Shown piece by piece: positions 1 through 11,213 of a stretch of DNA of 64,000 bases. The notes below the pieces were generated by a model. It did not search any database. It worked only from the letters and a program-made list of their open reading frames with translations, and had not been told where the DNA came from. The stretch is from assembly GCA_030704615.1 (NCBI GenBank), contig CM060734.1:2976001-3040000 (forward strand), written 5' to 3'. The translations under genes were made by a program, and so were the position numbers. Position 1 is the first letter of the stretch. Every line of letters starts with the position of its first letter. The stretch comes from Takakia lepidozioides. Its lineage: Eukaryota > Plantae > Bryophyta.

Positions 1-460
1 GATGGAAATTCGGCGCCGGATTTCCATCCGCGGGCTTCCGAATTACCTGCGTGAGGGAAATTGGCGCGCTGCCCTACCTCCGCGGATGGAAATTCGGCGC
101 CGGATTTCCATCCGCGCGCTTCCGAATTACCTGCGTGAGGGAAATTTCCAGCGCCGCCCTACCTCCGCGGATGGAAATTCGGCGCCGGATTTCCATCCGC
201 GCGCTTCCGAATTACCTGCGTGAGGGAAATTTCCAGCGCCGCCCTACCTCCGCGGATGGAAATTCGGCGCCGGATTTCCATCCGCGGGCTTCCGAATTAC
301 CTGCGTGAGGGAAATTTCCAGCGCCGCCCTACCTCCGCGGATGGAAATTCGGCGCCGGATTCCATCCTGCTGCGCTCCGAATTACCTGCAGGATGGAAAT
401 CCGTCGCCGGAATTCCATCGTGCAGCGCTCCGAATTACCTCTACGTTGGAAATTCCGGGA
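1..460. repeat. Tandem array of 85-bp units (then 52-53-bp spacing) with palindrome GGATGGAAATTCGGCGCCGGATTTCCATCC
   Basis: GATGGAAAT starts at 1, 85, 170, 255, 340 and 392, with a degenerate copy at 445. Confidence 0.95.
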
Positions 461-668
461 CTGTTTACGTCGATTTTCATCCGACATGGAGGGCTTCATC
501 CGACATTTAATTGCGCAGTTGGGCAATAAATGTCGACGGCCGTCGGTTATTATTCGGGCTGGCGACGCATGGCTTCCTGGACACGTACCCTAAATCTCAT
601 GCTAAACTTGGCTTAACATGGTATTCCAGGCATGTACCCCAAAAAGGAGATCTTTTTGGCTGGGACTT

Positions 669-3600
669 ATGCCGCCTGAAGGGCGTGGCTCTCCTGAGAG
701 AGACCTCACATCCAGACCGCGGCGGAAGTTGAAAGCTCTGTACTACGGACGACGGCCAATCTCTCGCATGGCCAAACTGAAGCTCCAGCAGGAGATTCCA
801 GTGTCTTGCTCACAACCTGCGCCAACTGAAGCCGAGTACTCTCAGGCAAGCCACTTCTGCTTTCGGTTTGTTCGATTTATTTTTTGCTTTCGCTTTGTTA
901 CCTCGCTTTGTTTTTGCATCTTTATCCTGGCTTTGCTGTATGAGTGAACTTTAGATAGTTGAGTGAACCTTAGATTGTTTGCAATGCGTGTGCAAATCCG
1001 GCAGCTCTGGAGAAGGCTGCTTGTGCATGTCATTCTTAGGCAATGGTTGCATTTGTTTTCATTGTTGTTGCATGGCTCTCCATACTTCCTAAACTTGTTA
1101 TGTTTTCATTTTTGCTACATGATTGTTGTTATGGTGGTTGCGCTGCTTGTTGCGATGCTGCTTTTTGCACCGATGTTGGTTTTCACGATTTTTGTCAATG
1201 ACAGAGTGACGACGAGCCCGGCACGCTGGTGGTATCATCGACAGCTCCAACTCATCGCATGTTTGAATCGCCCAACTTGGGGCGAGAGGGCAAACTTAAA
1301 CCTTTTGTTGGTGGACGGGATGACTTGCAACAACAGAGTAGGCATTGGGGAGGTTGGTGCAGGCGGCATGGCAGGTGAAGGGCGTGAGGACATGAGGACA
1401 GCAGATCCGGCAATGGAGGTTGTTCATGCACATGCAGTAGGGCCCGCCCACGCAAAGAAAAAGAAGAAAGCTAAGCACATGCAATCCCCGGCGAGAGAGC
1501 AGTCACGGGCTGCGGAGGGGGGAGTGAGCAGTGCGCGAGGGTGTCAGTTCGCCTCAATCAAAGGTGGTCGTCCTGGAGGGCTCCCCTGCTGCTAGCCCTA
1601 GTAAGAAACAGAAAGCCCGTGAGAGGGCAAAAGAGAGGGCAAAAGAACAGACGAGACAGAATGCTAGCCAGGAGGAAAGACAAAAGGCAGCTGAAGAGGC
1701 CAGGGGTGCCCAAATGACAGATGCCAATGTAAGCGAGGGACCCACAGAGACGGTGGATCCCTACAAGACACCACAGAGAGGCAGTAGCACACCGGTTAGA
1801 CCATCGCGGGCAAGAGCAGCCCCCGCAATTACCCATACGGTGGAAGTGGAGGAGAGGAAAGAACACCTGAAAGAGCACGGATTGTGCAAGTTCAAGGTGA
1901 AGCCAGGGAGAGGGCAGTAGAGACGACGAGAGTGCTGGAGGTGGTTTCGCAGGTGGCTGACCCTGTTGAGGAGGACGACATGGAGGTTTCTGACCAGGAT
2001 GACATCCTCCCGGACATCCCCAGGCCCAAAACCCGGAGCATACAGGCTGGATTTGGCGGTCCTGGTGGGCTGCCGGAAAACCCCTCTGCAGCAGACGTCA
2101 TGTCTGAGGCGGATATGAAGTTGGCCGCTGCAAGATGTTGGAGGCAACCCACAGCAACATTGGCAGGGTGCTGGGGGGCATGGTGTACCCGGCCAAGCTT
2201 CGAATTCCCCTTTGCCGCTTGGTGTCATTGCAGGTGGTAGACCTGCCCTCCCAGGCGATATCGACAAGCTGAAATTCTCTTTCCGGGATGGATATCGAAT
2301 GGGGTCTGCCGCCTTTTACGTTTCCATTGAGAACGACCACGGAGCTTCCCGTGCCCACACTTCCGATGAGGTGGACAAATGGGGTCCCCATTGGCAAACG
2401 CGAAATGAGGAGTTCGAGAGATCGATTGCTAGTGATCCTCTTTTCCAGCACATGTCCGGTAAGATGTTCTACGTGTGGGACGGCAATCATCGCCTCCTGG
2501 CATGGATGGAGCACATTGCCCAAGCCCACCCCAACGATCTCGATTGGCATTTCGACGTCGATTGTGTTGTGCTGAAGGTTGCGGGGCCCAAAGATCGCAG
2601 TCTTCTCAAAGCTGCAATGGCCGACATCAACTCGTAAGCTACAACCCCTCTCGCTTTTGGACTTTGAATTTGGAAGTCATTTCATTGCGAATCCTCATAT
2701 ATGATGAAAATTCCCATTTCAGTATTGTTTGATGGAAATGTGGCACTGCAGGGTGACTGAGAATGCCTTCATTGCCACCAACTTGTCCCATATGCTCTTC
2801 CGAGTGAAGGATGTCGGGAAGCAGGGGGTGCAAGAGTTTGCCAATTCCCTCAGTGCCGACCTCCTGCGCAAGTCGGAGGCAAAGGCAGACAGAACCTGGT
2901 ATAGGCTGAGCGTCGACGCCATGGTGGACTACATATTTTGGGTAAAGCTCCTGACAGTTTTGTTGAGCTAATCTGTCTCTCCTCCCCCAATAGAAGAAAT
3001 TGTGTTGAGCAGGATCTCTAATCTTATGTGCGCATTCTTGACAGACGAAAATACAGCAGGATTTGGCACATGCGCGGAGGTTCTACATGGAGTCAGAGGA
3101 GAAGAATCCAACCCTCCCGGAACTCGAATCGTATGTCAAAGCTGCGGAGGTGAGGGCCCGCATAAAGTACAAGTCGCGGATGGTAAAGTACGTGGCCATA
3201 GCTGATCCCGCCCTTGGTGCCGACTTTCTGGTGGAGGTAGGGAAGCACTACTCTCGCGCTCTGAAGCCCACGATGACATTGGAGAAGCTCCATCGTCTAG
3301 CCACATCCTGTGTGGATGCAACAGAAAAGGTGATACATTCTTAACAAAATTGTGGTGGCAACAACTCCTTTTTGTGGTGTTTGGCGCTTACGAATATGCT
3401 GGGTGGTTGGACAGACCCGGTGGCTCCAAATCTGGAATGGTTCCCAAAGTACCAGGGACATGTGGAGCTTCCCCAAACCGGACAAACTCTCTGACCCCAC
3501 ATTCGACATGTGGATGAACCGCATGACATGGTGGTTTCAGGTACTTCCCCACGCTTCGTTTGGGGCTTCTACTCTAGTAGGGGGTGGATTCATTGTATTT

Positions 3601-6600
3601 TTTGAGGAAAGCGATCTGATGGACAATCTCCACAGTGACGACGAATGCGCAAGAGCAGCTGGACACACAAGCACATCAGTTCAAGATGGAGATATCTCCT
3701 GCAGCAGAGAGCCTACGTGACTATGTGACGAGGTACTTTCTGCTCTACAAAACCAACCTATTCTTTCGGGAGATAGCAGATGCTCGCCGGAGCCACGAGT
3801 TCACCGACCAGCCGAACGCGGACAAAGCAGCAATGCGCCTTCTGTACAGGTACATACGCGCTGCCTTTCTTTCAAGTCCTGGCATTTCAGGATGTTAGAG
3901 GCCTCAAGTGGTGTTAGGGAAAATGGCGCCGAATTTCCAGTCAGGGCTCCGAAAATGGCTAAGTCCCTAGACTGGCTGGCCCGGAACTGGAAATTCGGCG
4001 CCATTTTCCAGTTCCAGGCCCTATTGCCGTTCAGGGACTTAGCCATTTTCGGCCTAAGTCCCTAGACTGGCTGGCCCTGAAGTGGAAATTCGGCGCCATA
4101 TTCCAGTTTTAGGCCCTATTGCCGTTCAGGGACTTAGCCATTTTCGGCCTAAGTCCCTAGTGTGGCTGGCCCGCAACTGGAAATTCGGCGCCGTTTTCCA
4201 GTTCTAGGCCCTATTGCCGTCCAGGGACTTAGCCATTTTCGGGCTAAGTCCCTAGACTGGCTGGCCCTGAACTGGAAATTCGGCGCCTTTTCCAGTTCCA
4301 GGCCGTATTGCCGTTCAGGGACTTAGCCATTTTCGGGCTAAGTCCCTAGACTGGCTGGCCCTGAAGTGGAGATTCGGCGCCATATTCCAGTTCCAGGCCC
4401 TATTGCCGTCCAGGGACTTAGCCATTTTCGGTCTAAGTCCCTACGGTGGCTGGCCAGGAACTGGAAATTCGGCGCCATTTTCCAGTTCTAGGCCCTATTG
4501 CCGTCCAGGGACTTAGCCATTTTCGGGCTAAGTCCCTAGTGTGGCTGGCCCGGAACTGGAAATTCGGCGCCGTTTTCCAGTTCTAGGCCCTATTGCCGTC
4601 CAGGGACTTAGCCATTTTCGGGCTAAGTCCCTAGGGTGGCTGGCCCGGAACTGGAAATTCGGCGCCGTTTTCCAGTTCTAGGCCCTATTGCCGTCCAGGG
4701 ACTTAGCCATTTTCGGGCTAAGTCCCTAGACTGGCTGGCTCTGAACTGGAAATTCGGCGCCATTTTTCCAGTTCCAGGCCGTATTGCCGTTCAGGGACTT
4801 AGCCATTTTCGGGCTAAGTCCCTAGACTGGGTGGCCCTGAAGTGGAAATTCGGCGCCATATTCCAGTTGTAGGCCCTATTGCCGTTCAGGGACTTAGCCA
4901 TTTTCGGACCTCATTGTGTTTTTCATGAATGCAGGTACTGTAAGTTCTCCCTTTTGGAGAAAGGTCATCTGTCTTTCGAGCCACCATTCTTCCTGGCATG
5001 GAGGAACCCTGGGGCTGACTCCATGTACATTGACGATATTGTGAAGGAGTGGCATCTGGAACATTTGCGTGATTGCCCTTGGTATGTGGACCTTCCGCCC
5101 GGCTCGCTCGACCCATCCGAATTTCAATTGAAGCTGGATGCTGAATTCCGACGAAACCGGGCTCCGCTGCCTCCGTTGGGTGCAAAAGAGGCAAAAGCGC
5201 TTGCGAACTCCAGGAAAGCGGCAGAGCTTGCTCAGGCAGGAATTCAGGAGAAATTGCATGAGAAGAGTAAAGGTCAAAGGAAAAGGACAAGGAAACAAGT
5301 GACTGCAGTAACACCCAAAAAGAAGAAAACCATCGGGGCATCGGAGGAGGCGCAGGAGGGGACCCAAGAGAGTGACTCCGACGCCGATTTTGTTCAAGGT
5401 CCTGCGACTGCTGTTGCTCCTACCCAGTCACCGGTCGTCCGGGTTCCCAAGTCAGTTCGGAGTGGGACTGGCTCTGCCAAGAAGTTGGCATTTGAGGGCG
5501 AGCCTACACGGCGGTATTCGGCGGTGACGTTTACGCACAGGCCAAAGCTAGAACCTCCAACCATCATCCAATGCGTCAATGAGAGCTTCCTTGACGCTCT
5601 CGCTGCCAGGGCGAAGAAGGTGGCACACAACAAGTCTCTGGCGGAGCAGAAGGGGAAAGCCAAGAAGAGGGCTGGCGGTACAGAGCCTAAAGACACCCCT
5701 GGTTTTGAAGCCATGATGGAATTCTTCACGGCTGTGAGCACGAATTGCAAGAGCACTCGGGGGGGGGGTTGAGGTGGAGAGAGCTTGCGACATGATTCTC
5801 CTCGACATTCCAGATGGGGAGCTGCTGGAGGGCCTGCATGGTGTGCCCACCTGGAACAGGCCCACCTGGAACAGGTTTACTGAGGACTACTGGAAAGCCG
5901 GGTTTGGGCTGGCGGGGATGCTTCTGGATGACGGTGGATGTGTGGTTGTCCTTGCCACGAGAGGGAAGACCACAGAGAATGCGGTGGCAAGGTGGACACC
6001 GAAAAGTGTCACCCCGGTCCTCCTCAGAAAATGGTTCTGCATCAGTACGCAGGGGTGCGAACAGAGGGCCAAAGTGTAAGTTATCAATCTATTGCATTCA
6101 CTTCATATTGTGGTGTATGTTAAGTAGACCCTGGAATTGATCCCTTCTTTGTTGGATGTGCAGACATTGGTGTTTGAGGCATATTGCTTTGTGAAGAGAG
6201 GGTCTACGTTCAAATTCCGCAACGATGGTCGTCTTGTTGATGCCGCTGTGGACCCTGTAACCTACGATGTCCTCTACAACTATGTGCCCCACTCTAGTAT
6301 GCCGAAGGACACAAAGACAGGCAAACCGTGGCGGTACAGCCGGACCCGGAGCCCTGCTTTCATCCAAACCCTCATGGAGACGTGCTCGGATGTCCAAGGG
6401 CGGATTCTAGACCTCACATGCGGCACGGGTAAGCCTTCACGTGCTCAGTTTGTCCCCTGGCCCCATTGCAATTGCATGCCGCAAGCTATTAACCGCCCGC
6501 TTTGTTCCTCAGGTGCTTCAATGTGGGCAGGGACGTTGTCCGACAGGCATGTGTTCGCCTTCGAGCCAGATACTGCCCTCCACAACTCGGAACTTGGAGC

Positions 6601-7300
6601 GGCTGAACGTCTGCCGAAAGAGGAAGAGGCATCCTCGGAGGATGAGGAAAAATCCGAGAAGGAGCAGGGGGAGGAAGTTGGGATCGAGGCCGAGGAGCCC
6701 CCGGTTTACGAGTGAGTGGTGGCATTGTAAGTTGCCTCCAGATTTTGTGAGGCACCTCCCTCCGCTCTCTTATTTCATTGAAAACCCTTTCTGGTTGTGC
6801 TGGTATTGACATTCTTCAAGTGGATTTGTTCTTACTGTAGGATGCCAAGTACTGCCGGAGGGACGTCTACACCAGAGTTCATGGGCAGGAGGAAGGTGCC
6901 TTTTTTTGCCAGGGGGGATTTCATGCCTAGTCCAGAAAGGGAGTACATCCTTCCTACTTATGCTGCCCGGCTTGCTTCGGTGTCCATTAGGAGGTGTTCC
7001 GAACGTAGTCGTGTACAGCAGATTTTAGACAAGGCAAGCCTCAAGAAAATGAAGATGAGGGAGGAGGCAGCAGCTATTAGAGCCCGTCGGGCTCGTAGAT
7101 TTGTGTTGGATTCTGCTGAGGAAAGTGGGGGAGAAGACGCAGAAGATTCCCAGGAGGTGAGGTGGACAGTCCCCCAAGGAGAGGACGGGATTTTTGAGAG
7201 GCATAGTGGAACTGATGCATCACAGAGCTCGGAGGATGGGGGGGATGAGGGGGATGAGGAAGAAGGTGGGGCAAGTTCCTCGGAGGGTGTAGGAGAGTAG
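669..7300 (+). pseudogene. Multi-exon ParB-like domain plus beta-class N4/N6 DNA methyltransferase fusion gene (a few frameshifts in this copy)
   Basis: Phase-compatible GT-AG introns at 2634-2751, 2942-3044, 3330-3414, 3850-4934 and 6429-6512. Others are approximate (846-1204 GC-AG, 3541-~3634, ~6075-6163, ~6712-6840). ParB/Srx motifs: IPLCRL..VRP..IDKL and YVWDGNHRLLAW (DGNHR 2479-2493). MTase motif IV-like CDMILLDIPDG (DIPD 5804-5815), LLDDGGCVVV, then RSPAFIQTLMETCSDVQGRILDLTCGTG|ASMWAGTLSDRHVFAFEPD, matching the motif X/I/II region. Start codon is tentative. Confidence 0.8.
3917..4908. repeat. Intronic tandem array, ~95-bp unit x ~10, two palindromes per unit
   Basis: GGAAATTCGGCGCC at 3989, 4084, 4179, 4274 and onward. 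Each unit also has the hairpin AGGGACTTAGCC-ATTTTC-GGGCTAAGTCCCT. The array lies inside intron 3850-4934. Confidence 0.95.
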
Positions 7301-7463
7301 TGCCCATTCCGGCTATGACAGTTAGAACACACTTGTATAGACGTGGCTTGCCACAAAATTTGCAATAAAATGTTGCATTTCAAGTCCACTAGTGCCACAT
7401 TCCAACTTCATATGACCCTATTTCCGTGCCTCCTAACCCTATTTCCGTGGACTCACAATGGTC

Positions 7464-7522
7464 TGCTCATGCTTTTTTTTTTTCCGCTCATGCTCATGCC
7501 GCTCATGAAATAGCAGCCCCCC
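7464..7522 (+). repeat. Terminal/subterminal sequence of MULE copy 1 (GCTCATG repeats plus short TIR)
   Basis: Several GCTCATG copies followed by AAATAGCAGCCCCCC. The same motif organisation occurs at 42694-42761. Confidence 0.75.
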
Positions 7523-9067
7523 GATATCCAGTACAAACCGGGACGAGACAACGTGGTGACCGATGCTTTAAGTAGAAAGCAGCAGCTCTTGTTGGTGTAC
7601 AAGGGCGAGACGGCGCTCCAAAGGAAGATCCGGAAGGCTTACCGAAAGGATGAGCTGGCGAAGTCCGTGATGCAGGACTTGAGGATGGGGGTTAAATCGC
7701 AGTTCCACTTGCAAAATGGACTGCTCCGGTATAAGCAAAAACGTCTCTACGTGCCAAAGGGAGGGATCAGAGATAGCCTCTTGAGAGAATGCCATGATAG
7801 CCCGCTTGCGGGCCACGGCGGAGCCAAGCACACTGCGGCACTCTTGAAGAAAGAGTATTTCTGGCCCAAACTGAGGGAGGAGGCAGAGGAGTATGTCAAG
7901 ACATGCACCACATGCCAACAAAACCGGAGCGAGTACAAAAAGCAAGCGGGGCTGTTACAACCCTTGCCGATTCCAGAGGGGACTTGGGAAAACGTCTCGA
8001 TGGATTTCATGACTGCTATGCCGCTGTCAAAAGGATTCGATGCAATCATGGTGGTGGTGGATAGGTTCAGTAAAATGGGCCATTTCATCCCCACCAAGGA
8101 GACAGCAACGGCGCAGGAGACATGACGACTTTGCTTCGCCCACGTCTTAAAGCATCATGGAGTCCCGAAGGATATTGTCTCGGATCGCGATCCAAAGTTT
8201 ACGAGTAAATTTTGGAGGATACTTTGGAAGAAAATGGGGACGAGGCTGAAGATGAGCACCGCCTTCCGACCTACGACGGACGGCCAAACGGAAAGAGTGA
8301 ATTCCGTAGTGAAGCAATTCTTGCGGAATTACGTGTCGGCAGACCAATCAGACTGGATGGAACACTTAGACGCGGCAGAGTTCTGCTATAATAACACAGA
8401 ACACTCCGCAACGGGAGTTTCCCCTTTTGTATTGGTCTATGGAAAAGCACCTCTGGTGCCGACAAGTTGGGCCGCCCAGGACGTTGAGGAACCGGCAGTA
8501 GCGGCGGTACTGGAAGAACGCGAGCGTTTGTTGAAGCTCGCAAAGTACAACATTGCCAAAGCTAGGAAACGGTATGAAAGGCAGGCGAATTGGAAGCCGA
8601 GGGAAGTGAAGTTTGAGGCAGGCACAGAGGTCTGGTTGAACATCAAGAATTTTCGACTACCTCCGGAAGTGAGTCCGAAGTTCGTACCTCCGTATGCGGG
8701 ACCCTTTCGCATTCGGAAGGTTATGAATGAGGATGTGTATGAATTGGAGCTGCCAGCAAACATCAAGGTGCACCCAGTATTCCATGTCTCCCTTTTGAAG
8801 CCTTACTTCAAAGATGAAGCGTGTCCGAATCGACATCAAGTGTTGCGTCCGCCACCTATGCTATTGGATCATGAAAATGAACCTGAGTACGAGGTGGAGA
8901 GAATACTTAAGTCGAGGAGGTTCAAGAACTGAGAAACGGAGTATCTCGTCAAATGGAAGGGCTATCATCATGTGGAGGCATCTTGGGTGCGTGCCTCAGA
9001 AATGGGAAACGCATCCGAGGCGGTTGCAGCTTTCGAAGGGCGACCTCAAAAGCGGAAGAAACGTTGA
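7523..9067 (+). pseudogene. pol: Gypsy pol C-terminus (integrase plus chromodomain) with in-frame stops
   Basis: ORFs 7553-8125 and 8234-8932 are in one frame, broken by TGA stops at 8123 and 8930. Confidence 0.9.
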
Positions 9068-9962
9068 TGGGGACATCAACCTTGGAGCGTGGGGGAGGAA
9101 ATGCATGCTTAGCCCGGCGTAGCTAGCTTAGGAATCCGATTACAAAAACTTGTATTGTACAAAAAATTTGACTGGGTTCCAAATGTTGTGCGTCCTATTT
9201 TGTTTGGAATGGTGATGCATGGTATGGTTGGCTAGTGTGTAGATGCATGCTAGCTTATAAAAGTGGGAGAGGTAAATTGGGTTAATCGTGTGTTTGCGTA
9301 GTGCCGAAATCGGGTGACCCCCATCCAAGGGGCAAGGAAACTTGCGACTTCTTTGGGAGTTCACGTGCTAGTGCGCACCTGGCGCGTGCGTGTACTATAA
9401 CTGCGCTACCGAGGGGGTTGCCTTGTAGTGCGGGCTAACACGGAAGCTACGTGCTTCCGTTCACGTACTATAATCGTGTAGCCTCGGGACGAAGTCGTAG
9501 TGCGGCTTCGGCGTGTTCCCGTACCTCAGGCCAGCATTCCAAGGCGGACCCAATTGTAGTGATTGGAGCGCACGGTTGGTTCAAGGTTATCTTCCTAGTC
9601 AAAGAGGGTTCCAGGTGAACCCTTGCTCAAGGTGATGCCAAAAGCGGCATCATGAGTAGTCGCAAGCAATGTTGTTGCAGTAAGGCGATTCAATCCTCAA
9701 GGAGGATCGTTCCTTGGCCTTGAAGTAGGCCGAGAAGAGTGCACTGGGAGGAGCTTGAGAGGCTCCACCCTTGGCCGGGACTTGGAGGAAGTCGGCCGAA
9801 CTAGCTAGTGGAGAGTAGAGTCAAGTGTGGGGTTTGGTTCTTTGCCATGGGACGCCATGGTACGGAAACAAACTCCTTGATGTGGGACGCCACAACTTGG
9901 ATGTTCGTTTCTACAAAACGACAAGTCGATGAGGACATCGACTCCCTGTTGGTAGGGGTGTG

Positions 9963-10691
9963 TGTCGCGGCCCTTTTGCCTTGAGGGCAGGGGGTCAGGA
10001 CACATGAGGGGCTGCCCCTGTGGTGGGGGCAGCGGCAGCGATAGGTATGGGGGGCTGAAGCACCCTTGAGTGCCCAAGGCACTCAAGGAGGCGGAGGCGC
10101 TCACTAGGTGGAGCCCCGCACACCGGGTTGCGGTGGGGGTGGCTCCACAAGGGGTGGTGGTAGCTTAGCGGGACTTAGTGGGGGTGACATAGGACTCACC
10201 ATGGGGGCGGAGACCTCGTGGTGGGAGTCGTGGGGAGTCTTGGGACTCATCACGGTCCATAGGGGCCGTGGTGAGTGGGCCAAGACTCACCGCGACTCAC
10301 CACCGGGAGTCGAGGGTTTTCGTGGTGGTTCGCCATAAAATGGCATGGCTGGTTGTGAAACCCCCGTGGACAGCTACAAAAGTATATATAAGGGGAGTAG
10401 TGACCCCGAGAACGGTGCAAGCTCGTTGGTGACCAAAAACTAGTGAGTAAGCGAGCGAGCCGGAAAGCGACCAAAGAGTGGGGAGCTGTTCCGGACTGCC
10501 ATCTACCAAAGGGAATTCTCCTAGTCCCAAATAGGTGGAGGGTTTAATGGGAACCAAAGGGGGACCGTTATGTCCCGGTGAGCAGCCAAAGCTCCAAGTT
10601 GGCTCGGGCGGCCAGGTTGGGAGTCAGGCGCGCGCATCAAAGCGAGTAACTATGACTTGAAAGGGAGCTTACCGAAGTGAGGTGCGCGACA
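9963..10691 (+). repeat. 3' LTR of Gypsy A (~729 bp)
   Basis: TG...CA with terminal inverted TGTCGCG/CGCGACA, preceded by G-rich GGTAGGGGTGTG. Contains TATATATAAGGG. Homologous to 12141-12867. Confidence 0.92.
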
Positions 10692-11055
10692 TTCTGGATG
10701 TGACTCTCAACCCCGTTTGCTGTCCTTCTCTCCTCAGGGGTTGAGCTGTAGTATTTCAGTTTGCCACGCTCCCATGCATCTGCAATGTCTTGCTGCAAGG
10801 GAATGCACGAGAGTTGCATCAACCCAAAGTCAAGGGAAACAAACAGAACAAACATGTGGAAGCAGGATATGGAAAGGCCAGATGAGGGAAGATGTATCTC
10901 ACCGTGTACATGTACTCCATGAAAGCCTCACGGGTCAACGGGTACCACGTTTCCGATGTCTTGGAGCTTTCGCACTTCTTGTACGTCTCTGCTGAAAGGA
11001 TGGTCTTGAAGTTGGTCAAGGGCATCTACCCGATCCTTTGTATCCTATACAGTGA
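10692..11055 (-). pseudogene. Fragment of a diverged paralog of the ParB-methyltransferase gene (two partial exons)
   Basis: LTNFKTILSAETYKKCESSKTSETWYPLTREAFMEYMYT|gt...QDIADA aligns by eye with VQEFANSLSADLLRKSEAKADRTWYRLSVDAMVDYIFW|gt...QQDLAHA. The donor site is at the same codon position. Confidence 0.65.
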
Positions 11056-11059
11056 GTTA

Positions 11060-11213
11060 GAGGGTTTAGAGGGGAGCAAAGGGGGACCGTTATGTCCCGG
11101 TGAGCAGCCGAAGCTCCAAGTTGGCCCGGGCGGCCAGGTTGGGAGTCAGGCGCGCGCATCAAAGCGAGTAACTATGACTTGAAGGGGAGCTTACCGAATT
11201 GAGGTGCGCGACA
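11060..11213 (+). repeat. Truncated LTR (3' end) of a third Gypsy insertion, C
   Basis: Matches the last ~150 bp of the LTR and ends in GAGGTGCGCGACA, directly abutting ParB-MTase exon sequence on the minus strand. Confidence 0.88.

Larger units (their letters stand above)
1..7522 (+). mobile_element. Mutator-like DNA transposon, copy 1 (methyltransferase-gene half plus terminus; left part lies outside the window)
   Basis: Bases 1-3240 are an inverted homolog of 11214-12140 plus 18609-20700. The copy ends in GCTCATGCCGCTCATGAAATAGCAGCCCCCC (to 7522), similar to the transposase-side end GCTCATGAAATAGCTAACCTC at 42741-42761. Gypsy pol sequence resumes abruptly at 7523. Confidence 0.8.
7523..10691 (+). 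mobile_element. Ty3/Gypsy chromovirus A, 3' part (RNase H end, integrase, chromodomain, 3' LTR), interrupted at 7522 by the MULE
   Basis: DALSR, HDSPLAGH..CTTC, SMDF, GPY/F motif (YAGPF), and chromodomain YEVERILKSR..YLVKWKGY. LTR runs TGTCGCG...CGCGACA. Confidence 0.93.

Noticed and set aside
1-4908. CRISPR array (palindromic ~30-bp repeats at regular spacing)
   Set aside because: Spacers are themselves repeated rather than unique, no cas genes are present, and the context is eukaryotic with one array inside an intron.
669-7300. Bacterial or phage contamination explaining the ParB-MTase
   Set aside because: The gene has multiple phase-compatible spliceosomal introns, one splitting motif I, and is interleaved with plant LTR retrotransposons.
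9102-9962. LTR starting at TGCATG after the first purine tract
   Set aside because: The 5' LTR of element B, fixed by the TSD and PBS, starts at TGTCGCGG, so this region is internal.
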